From assembly GCA_001179505.1 (NCBI GenBank), contig CDMY01000505.1, positions 1 through 63,082 of the forward strand: DNA of 63,082 nucleotides, in the 5' to 3' direction. Source of the DNA: Vitrella brassicaformis CCMP3155. Its lineage: Eukaryota > Protista > Chromerida. Of this stretch, positions 12,144-25,023 are shown piece by piece. The notes under the pieces were generated by a model. The model made no database searches, was not told the origin of the DNA, and saw only the letters and a program-made list of their open reading frames with translations. The position numbers and the translations under genes were made by a program. Every line of letters starts with the position of its first letter. Within the stretch, counting starts at the first letter, position 1.

Positions 12144-14123
12144 TCATGCCACTGGGAGCAGCGACTTGAGCTGCTCCTTCTGCTGTGCAGTCAGCGACCT
12201 GCACGACAAACACAAAAACAAGACACAAATGGATGGATGGATGGATGCCGCCTGTCCTTTAAAGCTCTGCCGGGAAGATACCCACACAGATACCTACCTT
12301 GGGTAGCTGACGTCGAACTCGATGATCAGGTCACCCTTAGTGCCCGGCTGCTTCGATATCGGCATCCCTACACGACCACAACAGCAGTCGAGGTATGCGG
12401 GCCTGTGTTCGTGTTAATGCCGTGCGCTGGCTGCGTTGGGTGTGTGCTGGTCTACCTTCGTTGGAGACGATTTTTCTCGACTTGTGGCTGACAATCTCGT
12501 CCACACGGACCTGCAGTGTCCTGCCATCAAGCGTCTGGATGGGGAGGGTGAAGCCCGTCAACGCCTGCACACACACACACACACACACAACACACACATA
12601 CACACACACACACATATACACATACACACACACGTGCCGTCTGCTCTGTCTGCTTGTGCTGGTTGGCTGGCTGACCTTGACGAGGGGAATGGTGGCCCTG
12701 AATACGAGGTGGTTGCCGTTGCGGACGAACCTCTGGTGGTTCTTGGACTTAACGATGAAGATGACTTCGCCCGCCCGCTCCCCCGGCGCTGGCTCGTCGC
12801 CCTCACCCTCATACTTTATCTTGGTGCCGTCCTTCCAGCCCTGCAGGCAGACATGGACACACACACAATCCACCCTCCATATGTATGTATATGCCCCCTG
12901 CAGAGTGAGTGTCATCGGCCCATTCTTTACCGGCTTGATTTCCACCTCGAGCACTTTCGGTTCCTTGGTCGGCACGCCGTTATTGTACCGTGTCCTCGTG
13001 ATCTTGAGCTTCTTCGTCGTGCCGCTGCAAACACAGACAGACAGACAGACAGACGGACGGACACATTGCACACGATGCCAGGCGACCCAGAAACAACCGA
13101 AGGAGTGTGGGTTGGGCAGTCGGGCTTACGAGTAAAGGTCTTCTAGGCTGAGGTTGAGGTCCATTTCGTAGGGCCTTGGCCTCGGGTGGCCCATGCCGGC
13201 CATACCGCCCCCCATGCCGCCCATACCGCCCATGCCGCCAGGAAAGCCCCCCATGCCCCCCATATTTCCCGGGAAGCCACCTCCCATCATCCCCGGACCG
13301 ATACGAAAGACGCCTGCCGGTGGGTCGGTGGCAGCACACACAGGCAGACAGGCAGATGCACATCAGATGGGAGGGAGGCGGTCTGTCTGTCTGGGCTGAT
13401 CTGATTGACTACTGACTGACCTGGTCCGCCGAAGCCGGGCGGCATGTCGTCATCAAATGCACTCTGAAACCCCGCGAACTCACGGTCGCCGCTGAAGAAC
13501 CGCCCGAAGAGATCATTCGGATCAATGCCGGTATCTGATCAGAGAGATGCAACCAACGGACGTCACAAGCCAGGCAGGTGCCAGACAGACACAGTCTCAT
13601 TCCTCGTCCACGCGGCACCGCCTAGCTATCTCTCTGTCTGTCGATGCTTACAGACGAATCTGGTGCCTCCCGCTCCCGGTGGTGCAGGTCCGCCGCCTTT
13701 GAGTCCCTCCTCGCCGAGCTGGTCATATATCTGGCGCTTCTCCTTGTCGCTCAAGACGTCATAGGCCTCGGCGATGTCCTTAAACATCTCCTCCGCCTGC
13801 ATGCACCAGTGAATGAATGCCGACGCATAAATACAGGCACACATCCACAGACAGACAGACAGACAGACAGATGGGTAGGTGGCGAGTGTAGTGTTACCTT
13901 CTTCTTTGCTGCAGCGTCGGTGTGTTTGTCCGGGTGCCATTTCATGGCCAGCTTGCGATAGGCCTTCTTGAGGTCCGTTTCCGTCGCATCCTTGTTCACA
14001 CCCAATATCTTGTAGTAGTCCTGTCAGTCACCGACACACAGGGAGGGAGGGCACACACACACACATCCGCTGTATGCAGACCAGACCGCTGCTGTGGAAT
14101 GCTATGCTCCTCACCTTCCCCAT
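12144..14123 (-). CDS. DNAJB: Class II Hsp40/DnaJ chaperone (DNAJB/Sis1 type)
   Basis: MGK|DYYKILGV…[14 protein letters not shown] (HPD motif), G/F and GM-rich linker, CTD motifs GWKDGTKI and [12 protein letters not shown], ending [18 protein letters not shown]. No Cys zinc finger. Confidence 0.95.
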
Positions 14124-14456
14124 GGTGACGACTACGCCAGATGAGTCACTGCTTCACTGCCACGATGGATGATCACAGCGATGCAGCAAAAATCGCCTTC
14201 ACCGCTTCCTCCTGCGTATCCGCTCCATCCCTTGGCTCATTCGCCGAAAACAGCGCATCCCGCCTCGTTTCAAAAGCTCGCAGCGCGAAGGAGCAGTTTC
14301 ACGGAATGTCCTAGCGTGGCGTATGCTAGCTCGGATTTCTCTGCGCACAGACCCATCGACAGCGACTGCTCGAGATGACTGCCGAGACCCTGACCCCTGG
14401 CGCTGCCTCGTGTGGATCTCGTCGGATCTCGGGCTGATCCTGAATTCTCTCCTACG

Positions 14457-16798
14457 ATGGCGCGTCACGTCGCGTGCCACCGAGTGTGGGCGATGACGAC
14501 CCGCATGTGCAGATCTCCGGCGTTCCACTCATGCACAAGGCAGCTGACGCTCGCACAGGCAGCAGCAGGACCTGCTCCGAGCCCGCCTGCTTCACTCGCG
14601 GCTGCGTCGTCCCGTCTTAGTGGCGCCGCTCATCTGCAGCACCGCCCGTCCCGGCGGTCCTTTCATTCATTCGCGGACCGTCGCGGGCCCTCTGCAGCCC
14701 TCTCCCCAGCCTCTCTTTCCCTCCCTTCTTCCCACACTGCCATCCCCCTTCGGCGCGTCGACTCAGCTTTGCCACCGGGGTGCAAGGACCTGGTGGTGGG
14801 GTCTTGCCGGACCATTTTGGGCGTGAGGAGGCAGGTGACCGCTGAGGACATCGAGAAGTGGCAGGAGGATATGAAGAAGCAGCCAGGGTGGATTCCGCCC
14901 CACGAGTACAAGCCCATGCCATTTTCGGGCGACTGGATCTACAACATTGTGCGTGAGAAGGACCGCAAGTGGGTCGAGCTGATCAGGCTGCACGTCCCGA
15001 TGCCCATCCTGCTGCTATGGTTCCCCTCCGCCTTCGCCATGGCGCTGGCCGAGCCCACAGGCGTCCCTCCAGACGCGGCATCCATGGGACTCTTCTTGCT
15101 CGGCAGTCTGGCCATGCGCTCCGCTGGCTGCATCATCAACGACTTGTGGGACAAAGACATCGACAAAAAGGTGCCTGCCGCCAGCCGACCAACAGCTGTG
15201 GCCATCCAGGAATACTCAACACACGCCTGGATACGTGTGTGTGGGGCATGCAGGTTGAGCGCACAAAGAACCGGCCCATAGCGTCGGGCAGAGTGTCCGA
15301 GAGAGAAGGTCAGGAGGGCGGGGGCGGGGGGGGAGGCACCTTTGTCTGTCATCACCCTGACATTGGTTGTGTATTGGATGTGCAGCTATGGCTGTTCTGG
15401 CGGGCTGCCTGGGTGTTGGGGCTCTCGTGCTTGCGCAGTTCAACACCTACTGGTACAAAAATAGCGAACTAACTCGCCTTGTTTCGTGTCGGATCGGGCC
15501 TGTTTGTGTGGTGTTTGTCGGTCAGCATCTTGACGACTCTGTCGTCAGTGGGTCTTGTGGTGGTGTATCCGCTGATGAAGCGCTACACCAACATGCCCCA
15601 GATGTTCCTCGGGCTCACTTACAACTGGGGCGTGATGGCGGTACGCTCACCACACAACGGCCGATCGGCCGTTGCCAATGGGGCACACACACCATCACGT
15701 GACGCTTCTTTCTCTATATGGTTGTGTGTTGTGTGTGTCAGGGTTGGTCGGCAATACGGGGGTGTTTGGACCAGCCCGAGGTGTGGATACCGCTGTACGC
15801 TGGCTGCGTGTGCTGGACCATTGTGTACGACACCCTCTACGCTCACATGGACAAGGAGTGGGACAAGAAGATCGGCGTCAAATCCACCGCACTCCTCTGG
15901 TTGGTACCCACGGCCGATGGATGACTGACTGACGTAAGGGCTCCCGTGTGTTGTGTGTAGGGGAGAGGAGGCTCCGAAGATGATGTTCGGCTTCACGGCC
16001 TTGATGGGCTTTGCCTGGGTATTGGCGGGAGTCAACATTGGCATGGGGGTCAGTACGCTACGCTAACCACACTCCCACTCAACGCGCACACAACAAACAC
16101 AGCAGGCAGGAAGAGAGCCTCTCCCGTGTGTGTCACTCACTGCCACAGGGTATCTCCACCCCATATTACCCCTGCATCGCGGGGGCATGCGCCGTGTCAA
16201 GCTGGCTGGTACGCCTCAACAGACACACACACGCACTCCAACATAGATAGGGTCATCCTGAGTATGTGTGTATGTGTGCCATTTGTCCACTTCAAAACCT
16301 GGGCATCCATCCATTAGATCGCCTCGACTAAGTACAATCGGCCGGAGATGATCCCGCACAAGTTCCGCAAGTTCGGCGTCGTAGGCGTGCTCATGTTGAC
16401 GGGGTGCATCGGCGGCACCCTCCTCGCCCCCAAACGGAAGCACGAGTTCGACCTCGAGGCCAAGAGGGAGGCGGAGGCCAAGGTGGCCGAGAAGGACAAG
16501 GTCGTCCGGCCCACCAAACCCGAAGGGCCGCCGCCAAAGCTCGATGAAGACGAGGAGGCCAACTATGTCAGGGCCACCACTGACCGAGAGGCCGAGGAAG
16601 AGGCCGATGACGAGGCGGCGGGGAGGGCCAGGAAGGCGCCAGCGGGCAGCCTGGCCGTTCAGCTCATCAAGAAAGCCACTGGCACATCGTCAACCGGTCA
16701 GACACACAGGCAGACGCACATGGAGGGCACACAGATGGTCGATGCACCTCTGTCCTGCTGCAGGCTCTGAAGAACGCCGTGCCTTCCGACTCCCGTGA
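14457..16798 (+). CDS. COQ2: 4-hydroxybenzoate polyprenyltransferase (UbiA family), with predicted mitochondrial presequence
   Basis: [53 protein letters not shown] and [27 protein letters not shown] match both Asp-rich UbiA motifs. Arg-rich N-terminus. Confidence 0.93.
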
Positions 16799-17186
16799 CG
16801 ACACGTGTCTCTGATGGATGGATGGACCTGGGGTGTGTGCAGACTAGTGAGGGAGGGAGTGCATGTGCCTTTGCACTTTTGCCATGTGGCCATGGCCCAG
16901 CCACACAATTTGGATGCGGACGTGGGAGTCAGGTCATGCAACATGGGTGGAGAGGCAGACAGCGGAGGGGTGCTTGTGTGATGTTCTGACATGTGCGATC
17001 GGACGAGGCGACGGATGTAGATGCTCGACCCGCGGCAGTGGAGGTTACTCGTTGGCCCGTTTTCTCGGTTGCCTGCGAGTGCCCTTCTCTGGCAACGGCT
17101 GAGCCAACTTCCGGCCGTGTCCCGCTTATCTGAGACAAAAAACGACTAAACGCATGCGTTTACCTCATGAGGTAAATCCTTGAACG

Positions 17187-18863
17187 ATGGCATTGCGGTC
17201 TGCCCTGTTGTTGCTGGTGGTTGTGATGGGCGTCAGCGCCTCACTCATATCATTCGTCGGACAGATCCTCTCACCACACCGGGATCTCAAGAGACTCGTA
17301 CACACGCCTGCAGCCCCTGACGCATCCGATCAGCAGCCTGTAGATGCTGCTGACCATGGCGATTCCGCCCGGCCATTTCGATCATTGCGGCACGCCAAGG
17401 AGCAGCTCTCCCCTGTCGTGACTCTCGTCACTGTGGCCAGCGACACCCATATGGCAGGCTACGTGGTGCTCGACCGGTCGGCCAGGCACTTCGGTGTTCC
17501 AATGGTCACTCTGGGTCAGCAGGGCAGGCACAGGAAGGAGCTCAAGCTGGAAGTGATGCGGCACTGGCTGAGAGATCAAAATCCGGGCATCTTGTGTGTG
17601 TTCACTGACGGCTATGACACTCTTCTGCGCATCCCTGGCGAGGAGCTGAGGCGCCGCGTTGGGGCGATGTTTGCTCAGGACAACGCCACCATCATCTTCT
17701 CGACCGAGAAAGGCGTCTGGCCCGAGAGAAGGTACGCAGGCCGGGAGAGTAGTATTGAGCAGACAGGGGGTGTAACACCCTCACGGCTGTTCCTCTGTGT
17801 TCTCCGTGCCAGCCTGAAGCCAAGGTATCCCCGAACGCCCAACGAGGATGGCTACCGATACCTCAACGCGGGCGGCTACATCGGCAGAGCCGGCGCCCTC
17901 AGCTGCCTGCTGGACAAATGGGACGGACGGATGGACGACCAGCTGTTCTTCACTATGAGATTTCTCAACCAGGACGTCGGCTGCAACGTGACCATCCGGC
18001 TTGATTACGACAGGCTGCTGTTCCAGAGCCTGCACGAGCTGGACAGTAGTGAGTGGGCCCTGGCTGAATACGGGGAAGGACAACGGACCTTCGCTCGGAG
18101 AGACGGCCAAGATGCCGCGGCGCTGGTGCATGGCAACGGCGGGGGCAAGGCGCTGCTGGGGTACCTGAGCAACTATGAGGCCGGTGCCTGGACCGAGGAG
18201 AATGGGTCGTTGTGGCATCGGAGAGACGGCGAGTCTCCATATGTGCAGCCCACCCTGGTCCTGACTGTCGTCTGCAACGATCGGAATTCGACAGTAGCGC
18301 ATGACGAGTTTGCCCGTGGACTGATGAAGCTGCAACTGGACCATCGAAAAACCGCTCTATTCCTGTGGCGCCATCCCAACTGCACAGTTCCACTGGACGC
18401 GGCCTTCAACGGCCGATTTGCCGACGTGATTGAGGGCAACTATTCCCATCGAGGGGCCCACGAGCAGGTCCTACGCGTCACGCGTCAGCGCGCGGCCACG
18501 CACTTGTTCCTGATCGAGAGCGGCTTCGTTGTCGAGAGGCCGGACACACTGCAGCAGCTCGTCCAGGACAACCTCACCGCGGTCATCCCGTTTGCATCAA
18601 ACCAAGGGTCGCCCCCAGAACATACCAATTTCGTCGCATCGATGGACCAGGACAAGGACCTGTCTTCTGGCCAGCATCGAGGCTTATGGCGTGTAGAGTG
18701 CTGGTCGAGGGCCATATTGATCAGACGGGACCACCAGCCGAGCATGGAGGACGCACTACAGGCGATGGCGCATGGAGACACGTGCCGCCCGCCTGTGGGC
18801 CAGTATTTGTCAATTGTGTTGGACAATCGGTATAGCTATGGCAGACTGATAGAGGGCGGGTAG
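17187..18863 (+). CDS. Secreted PLOD/LH3-like glycosyltransferase (GT plus accessory domain); 81-nt in-frame intron at 17732-17812
   Basis: Signal peptide; VTLVTVAS, FTDGYD (DxD), FSTEKGVWPE, YRYLNAGGYIG, DDQLFF, LVHGNG. A second domain ends LDNRYSYGRLI. Confidence 0.8.
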   Translation: MALRSALLLLVVVMGVSASLISFVGQILSPHRDLKRLVHTPAAPDASDQQPVDAADHGDSARPFRSLRHAKEQLSPVVTLVTVASDTHMAGYVVLDRSARHFGVPMVTLGQQGRHRKELKLEVMRHWLRDQNPGILCVFTDGYDTLLRIPGEELRRRVGAMFAQDNATIIFSTEKGVWPERRYAGRESSIEQTGGVTPSRLFLCVLRASLKPRYPRTPNEDGYRYLNAGGYIGRAGALSCLLDKWDGRMDDQLFFTMRFLNQDVGCNVTIRLDYDRLLFQSLHELDSSEWALAEYGEGQRTFARRDGQDAAALVHGNGGGKALLGYLSNYEAGAWTEENGSLWHRRDGESPYVQPTLVLTVVCNDRNSTVAHDEFARGLMKLQLDHRKTALFLWRHPNCTVPLDAAFNGRFADVIEGNYSHRGAHEQVLRVTRQRAATHLFLIESGFVVERPDTLQQLVQDNLTAVIPFASNQGSPPEHTNFVASMDQDKDLSSGQHRGLWRVECWSRAILIRRDHQPSMEDALQAMAHGDTCRPPVGQYLSIVLDNRYSYGRLIEGG

Positions 18864-19110
18864 CCCAGGTGTGGCTCTGGTGAGTGTGGGTGGGGCGGTG
18901 CATTGATTGGCACGGGAGATCATTGCCTGCGGACTCGGTAAGTATTCGTCTGTTTGTCGGTCAACGGAGTTATTGGTTCTCTTGGCGTAAGTACTCACCG
19001 AAGCCACATTGACAATGAATGGGCACACATACATACATTCGTCCACACCCACACACGCACGCCCTACAGTATCATCATCTCATGTCCCATCCACACATAC
19101 ACACATTCAG

Positions 19111-20087
19111 TCAGTCCGGCTGAAAAGGGTTAGTAGTGTTCCTTGCCGGCGGTGTGCTGCTAAGAGCATCCCCCCTCTCGACCACCCTCCTGCCCCTCTC
19201 GGTCATCGACTTGCTCCGATCTGACGTCTCCCACTGCGGCGACCGACCCACTGTAGCCATGCCATTGGGGGTCGCAGCGGGAAAGGGATTCCTCGCAGCC
19301 GGCCCATCCAGCGCGCCACTCGACGAAGCGAAGGGATTGGTCGGCGGCTGACTCTCAGCAGCGGCAGCAAACGGGTTCAGGGGCACGGTGCTGGGAGTGG
19401 GGGTGGTGATGTCCGGTGCCCTCCTCGCTGGCACAGGCGATCGCGGGAGAGCCACGGGGGGTGCAGGGGCTGGCGCGGCGTAATTGCTGGTGGTGGCGAA
19501 GGGAGAAGGACTCGACAATGGCAGTGGCTGCCTCGCCGGTGGTGGTACAGTAGCAGTAGCCACAGCAGCAGCACCAGCAGCAGCACCAGCAGCAGCAGCA
19601 GCAGGGACGCCGTTGTCGAATGGGTTGAACCCCACAGAAGATGACAGTGACGGTGACGGCGGCGGCATGTCGGCTCGCATCATGGAGGAGAGGAATGGGG
19701 AGGGGGCGAAGGGCGGCTGGGTGGGCTCCGCGGCGGCTGTCATGTCCGATGGCGTCAGCTGCTGCGGGAAGAGCCCCCTGCCGAAGTACTCGGCCACGTG
19801 TGCGAATCCGTCCGGGGATCCTCTGAGGAACTTGAAGAACTCGTCGGTGTTCTTGGCCTGTGCCTCTCGCTGCTCGCGAACCACCTGCAGACACACAAGA
19901 AAGAGCATTCTCATGACATGACGCGGGCGTGTGTGCATACGCGCGTGTGTGTGTGTGTGGTCTTGCGCTTTTTGGCTGATGTAGTGACCTGTTTAGCCTG
20001 TGCCTCCGGCGAGCATTTGGGGCAGAGAGGTTCGACCACGTTGGGCACGCAGTAGGAATGGTACGAATGGCTGCAGGCGGGATGACA

Positions 20088-20120
<33 letters not shown>

Positions 20121-23100
20121 GGGAGGGCGTCTACCCACCGTACCAACCGTCCAAGTGCGCAGGGCATACGACGCATGCATTCCTTCCTACCCGCAGAAGA
20201 AGTGTATGGAGGGCACCTCCAGACCCAAGCCACATTGGGAGCAACGCGTCATCTGACACACAACCAACAACCAACAACCCGTGTCCGTCTGTCGTCCTAC
20301 GCGCAGCAGGTCTGCCCACCTGGAAAGGCCGTGGTTGTGTCTTGAGTTTCTCGATCTCGTCCTGCATGCGCTCTATCTCCTGCCGGTCGCGCTCAATCCG
20401 ATCCTCAGACGCATCTACACACACACACACACACACACACCGCACCACACAGACAACATCACCACATCGTCCCTCTTTTGCCAACCGATGTCAGCAGTGA
20501 GCTGATTGAACGCATTCATAAGGTAGCCCTTGACGGCTCCCACCGTCACGGCACTGCTGCAGGCCGCTGTGCCATCACCTCCCTCGCCCTCCTGGCCGCC
20601 CTCGTCTGAGTCGCTGTGTGGTTGTGCGTTCTGCCTGAGGATCTCCAGCACGGCGAGCGGGGGCAGCAGACGGTGGTGCTGCAGTGCACATCAACCAACA
20701 GACATAGATGGATGCACGGCGCTAGACGGATGGATGGATGTGTGTGTGTATATGGTTGTTTGACGGACCTCTATGTGTTGGAGCACCTCCATTATCGCCA
20801 TGTTAGCGTCGTCACGACTGACAGACAGACAGACAGACACACAGACATGAGTCACGCCAGAAACGACCCCATATGCTTCTCTGGGTGGCTGCCCTCCGCG
20901 TGAATGGATTGGGGCTTACGTCGCCAGGTGTGCGAGCGTCTCTGTCCACAGGCTCTGGTCGGTGGCCCCCCACCGCACACAATACTCCACCAGCTGTGAC
21001 AAACACGAATCCTGCACCACGCATCGCATATCAATCAGAGCAAATGGATTGGCGCGACGGGCCAAGGGTCTTGGCTTGGATTTGCACCCACCGGCAGCTG
21101 TAGGAAGTGCGGGAGGGGCAGCTGCAGCAGCCCCAGCTTCTCACACACATACGTCAACCTACACACACAACCAGCCCCCCGCTCTCCCATGCCGTGTGTT
21201 CACACGTCACTGCCCCTGCGCTTACGCCTCCTGATGGTCATATATTTGGCACAGCGGCAGCGACGCCTGCAGGGTCTCATCAGAGGTGCCGAACTCGCGC
21301 AGCAGCTTGATGACCGACTTGGGCGAGGCGGGCTCGCTCAGCGACAGCGACAGTGAGGGCGGCTGGGATGGTGACGGGGTGGGAGTGGGAGGGGCCGCCG
21401 ATGTCGCATCAGTAGCAGCAGCTGCTGCTGCTGTTGGTGTTGTTGTTGCTGTGTCAGGTGAGGTCTTCTGCACTAGGGCCTTGTGCTCACCTGGTTCACC
21501 ACACCCACACGCGTCAATGAATGTCCAGATGCATCGATCGTTTTCAGTGGGTGTGTGTGGTTGCTTACGCAGCAGTAGCTCGAGTGCGGTTGTGATAACA
21601 GCAGGTGATAGCGGCGCGGCGCCCGATGCGAGTCGGCCCGCAGCCACGGCGTTGGCGGGGTCGGTCGATGAACCGACAGACTCCAACACCTCACACAGAA
21701 ACCGCTGGAGACACAGCCACGGGCAATGTGTGTGTGTCAGAGGTCGTGTGGGTGTGGGTGTGGGTGTGTGTCTATGTGGTTAGATGGCTACCCTGAGCTG
21801 TGTGCTGTTGTCCATGAAGAGGGGGAAGAACACCTCCACACTGATGGGATGCATCGCCCACACACATGAGGGAAGGGTGGCGGTGTGCCGTAGATAAGGG
21901 GACCTCGGCCCACCTGGGGTTGTATTTGCGGCAGATGTCCTTGATCAATGCAAGGGTCTCCTGCACACACACACACAGACACTCACACACGAGAACAAAT
22001 CGATGTGTGTGTGTATGTGTGTGTGGGGGGGGGGGGGGGNNNNNNNNNNNNNNNNNNNNNNNNNNNNNNNNNNNNNNNNNNNNNNNNNNNNNNNNNNNNN
22101 NNNNNNNNNNNNNNNNNNNNNNNNNNNNNNNNNNNNNNNNNNNNNNNNNNNNNNNNNNNNNNNNNNNNNNNNNNNNNNNNNNNNNNNNNNNNNNNNNNNN
22201 NNNNNNNNNNNNNNNNNNNNNNNNNNNNNNNNNNNNNNNNNNNNNNNNNNNNNNNNNNNNNNNNNNNNNNNNNNNNNNNNNNNNNNNNNNNNNNNNNNNN
22301 NNNNNNNNNNNNNNNNNNNNNNNNNNNNNNNNNNNNNNNGGGGGGGGGGGGGGGGGGGGTTGCGCACCTCAGGGACATGTCTGATCAGCGGCCGACCGAA
22401 CTTGAGCAGCAGCGTACACGCCTACACACACACACAGAGAGAGACATTGTTCGCCGCTCCGTCGTGGTGTGTGTGTTGTGACTACCACTGAGTCACACCA
22501 TTTGTGGCTGTAGCGTCTGTATGTGTTGGATGGCCTTGTCGAAGTCCCTGAAGTCCTCCATCAGGATGGCCACATAGCTGTCGTGCTGACCCTGCTGCAG
22601 CGCCAAGTCGGCACCCAGCTGAGAATAACCTGCCACCACACACACACACACACCACACAGCCAAAAAGAGAGACCTCTGTGTTGTGTTGGTGTCTGACAC
22701 TCGCTCACCAGAGAGTCGGCACTCGGTGATAGCGGCCGACAGGTCATAACCGTAGCCATACCCCACACCACCGTCAGCAGCAACAGCGGTGCCGTTAGCG
22801 GCAGCGGCAGCCTCTCCTTTCGCGGCGCCAGCAGCCTCTTTTCCCCTGGCGCCTTTGAGGAACCTCTCGAGTGCCTCGGTGTCCTTGAGTTTGGTGTAGC
22901 ACTTGAACAGCAGAGTCGTATGCTCCTTCTCCGCCACACCGGCCTCGTGCAGCTTCTGCACAGAGAGAGAGAGAGAGTGGGTGGCATATATATGTGTGTG
23001 TGTGCGGTGGTTGCAGTGGGTGCCTTGAGGTATGTGGCGAGGTTGTGTATGCGCTGGGCGTCGAGGTACTTCTCTATCACATACGACGGCTCCACACAAC

Positions 23101-24312
23101 CTGCACCCAACAAATGAGTGGATGGAGAGAGGGAATGGGAGAAGGTCTCTGGCTTGCTGACGTACCCACCGATGGTTTTGGTGTAGACCTGTATGGCTTG
23201 GTCGAAGGCCCGTTTGTCGTAGAGCCAGTCGCCGTGCAGTCTGTGGACCTCCTGCAGCACCTCACGCGGCTGGTGCTCCCGCAAGGCCACCTCAGTCGCC
23301 CACTCAAACAAACGCTTCCTACACACACACACACACACACGTGGGAGTAACCATACACACACACACACACACATTTCTCTCATTGTGTGTGTACTTGACG
23401 AGTATGTCCAGCCGCTCAGCGATGTCTTTCTCCCTCAGTTCCAGCAGCATGCAGGGCCCCTCGCCGCCAACACCACCACCACCGCGAGCCAACACAAAGA
23501 GAGACCCCTGCACACCACACCACACAGCACAGAAGTGCGTCCATCCATCCATCCATCCATCCATCCACTTGTGTGTGGTGTGTCGTTGGTTCCGCTCGGC
23601 CATGCGTACCATTGCCGGGAATATGTGTGTGACGTCGTTGATGTACCCGACGAAGGCCACGAACCGCACCTCGGGATACGACAGACACACCGTCACCAAC
23701 TGGCGCTAAACAAACAAACCACACACAGACACACACACAGACACGCATATGCGGAATGTCACGGCGTGTCAGCTGTGCGCCACACTGACTGACCTGTGAT
23801 GCAGCGGCTCCTGCGGCGGCAGCCACTGCTGTCGACGAGCCGTCCGGCCCCCCCACAGTCACACTCATCGGCGACGCACCCGGGCGGGCACTCTCCTCCT
23901 ACACACACACACACATTGAATGCCATTAATGCATCCCTCCATCTCCAGTGTGGGTAGGTGTTGTTGTGCGTACGGCGGTGAGGGCAGCGAAGTATGCCTT
24001 GTACGAGGTGAGCTGCATCTTCTGGCCCTCAAACGGCAGAGCCGACAAGTTGCCTGCACACACACCACAGCACAGCGACCACAGACGCCACGCATGTGTG
24101 TCGGTCGGTGCCATGGTGTCAGTCGCCCTGTATATATCACCTTGTTCGGCGTCATACGAGAAGATGCCGACGTCCCTGAGGACGAGCAGCACCTGCGTCG
24201 CCTCAACCACCGTCGAACAGAAGGATGGCGCGCCGGCCGTCGGGTCCAAATACATCACCTGCACACACCACACACAACACAAGACAAGACAACACGGGAA
24301 AGTGTCCCTCTC

Positions 24313-24349
<37 letters not shown>

Positions 24350-24988
24350 GGGTGCTGTCTGTGTGTTTGTGAGGTGTGTGCTGTGCTGGCTGACTTGTGG
24401 GTCTCCCTTATCGCTGCAGAGGTAGGACGCGATGCTGGTGGTGGTGCAGACAAAGAGGTAGTATCTCTGCTCTGTCTTGGTGGAGATGGCATCGGCCTTG
24501 AGGAAATGCACACCCGTCACAGGCGACACAACATCCCTACACACACACACACACACTCATGCGTGACGAGGGACAATGTCCTTTGTGTTTTCCCTCCCCC
24601 CACCCACCTGAGTAGCCTGAGTCTGCACGTCCTCTCCTTGATCAGATCCCCGCGGAACAGACACACACCGGCACTCTCCGTGCCAATCTACACACATGAT
24701 CAACACACACAGACACCACCCATTATCACCCATATGATATGTGTGAGAACACCCCTCTCTGCATCTATCTCTTATTTACCGCCAGCTGTGTGAATGGCCG
24801 GTTGGCGTCGAAGCAGGTGATGTTCTGCTCCGGCATCTTGGCAGAGAATAGCCGTGCCTCCCTGAGGCACTTGGGGAATCCCTCCTCATCCTCAGTGCCG
24901 GGGCTGAGGTCATACACCTTGTACTTAGTCAGACCGCCCGGACCACTGCCACGCGGGCCCTCATCTCGACTGACACACACCGACACCA

Positions 24989-25023
<35 letters not shown>

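Noticed and set aside
12395-13146. Long plus-strand ORFs antisense to DnaJ, and many similar antisense ORFs
   Set aside because: These are shadow ORFs of GC-rich coding sequence. Their THTH/VCVC runs are translated intron microsatellites.
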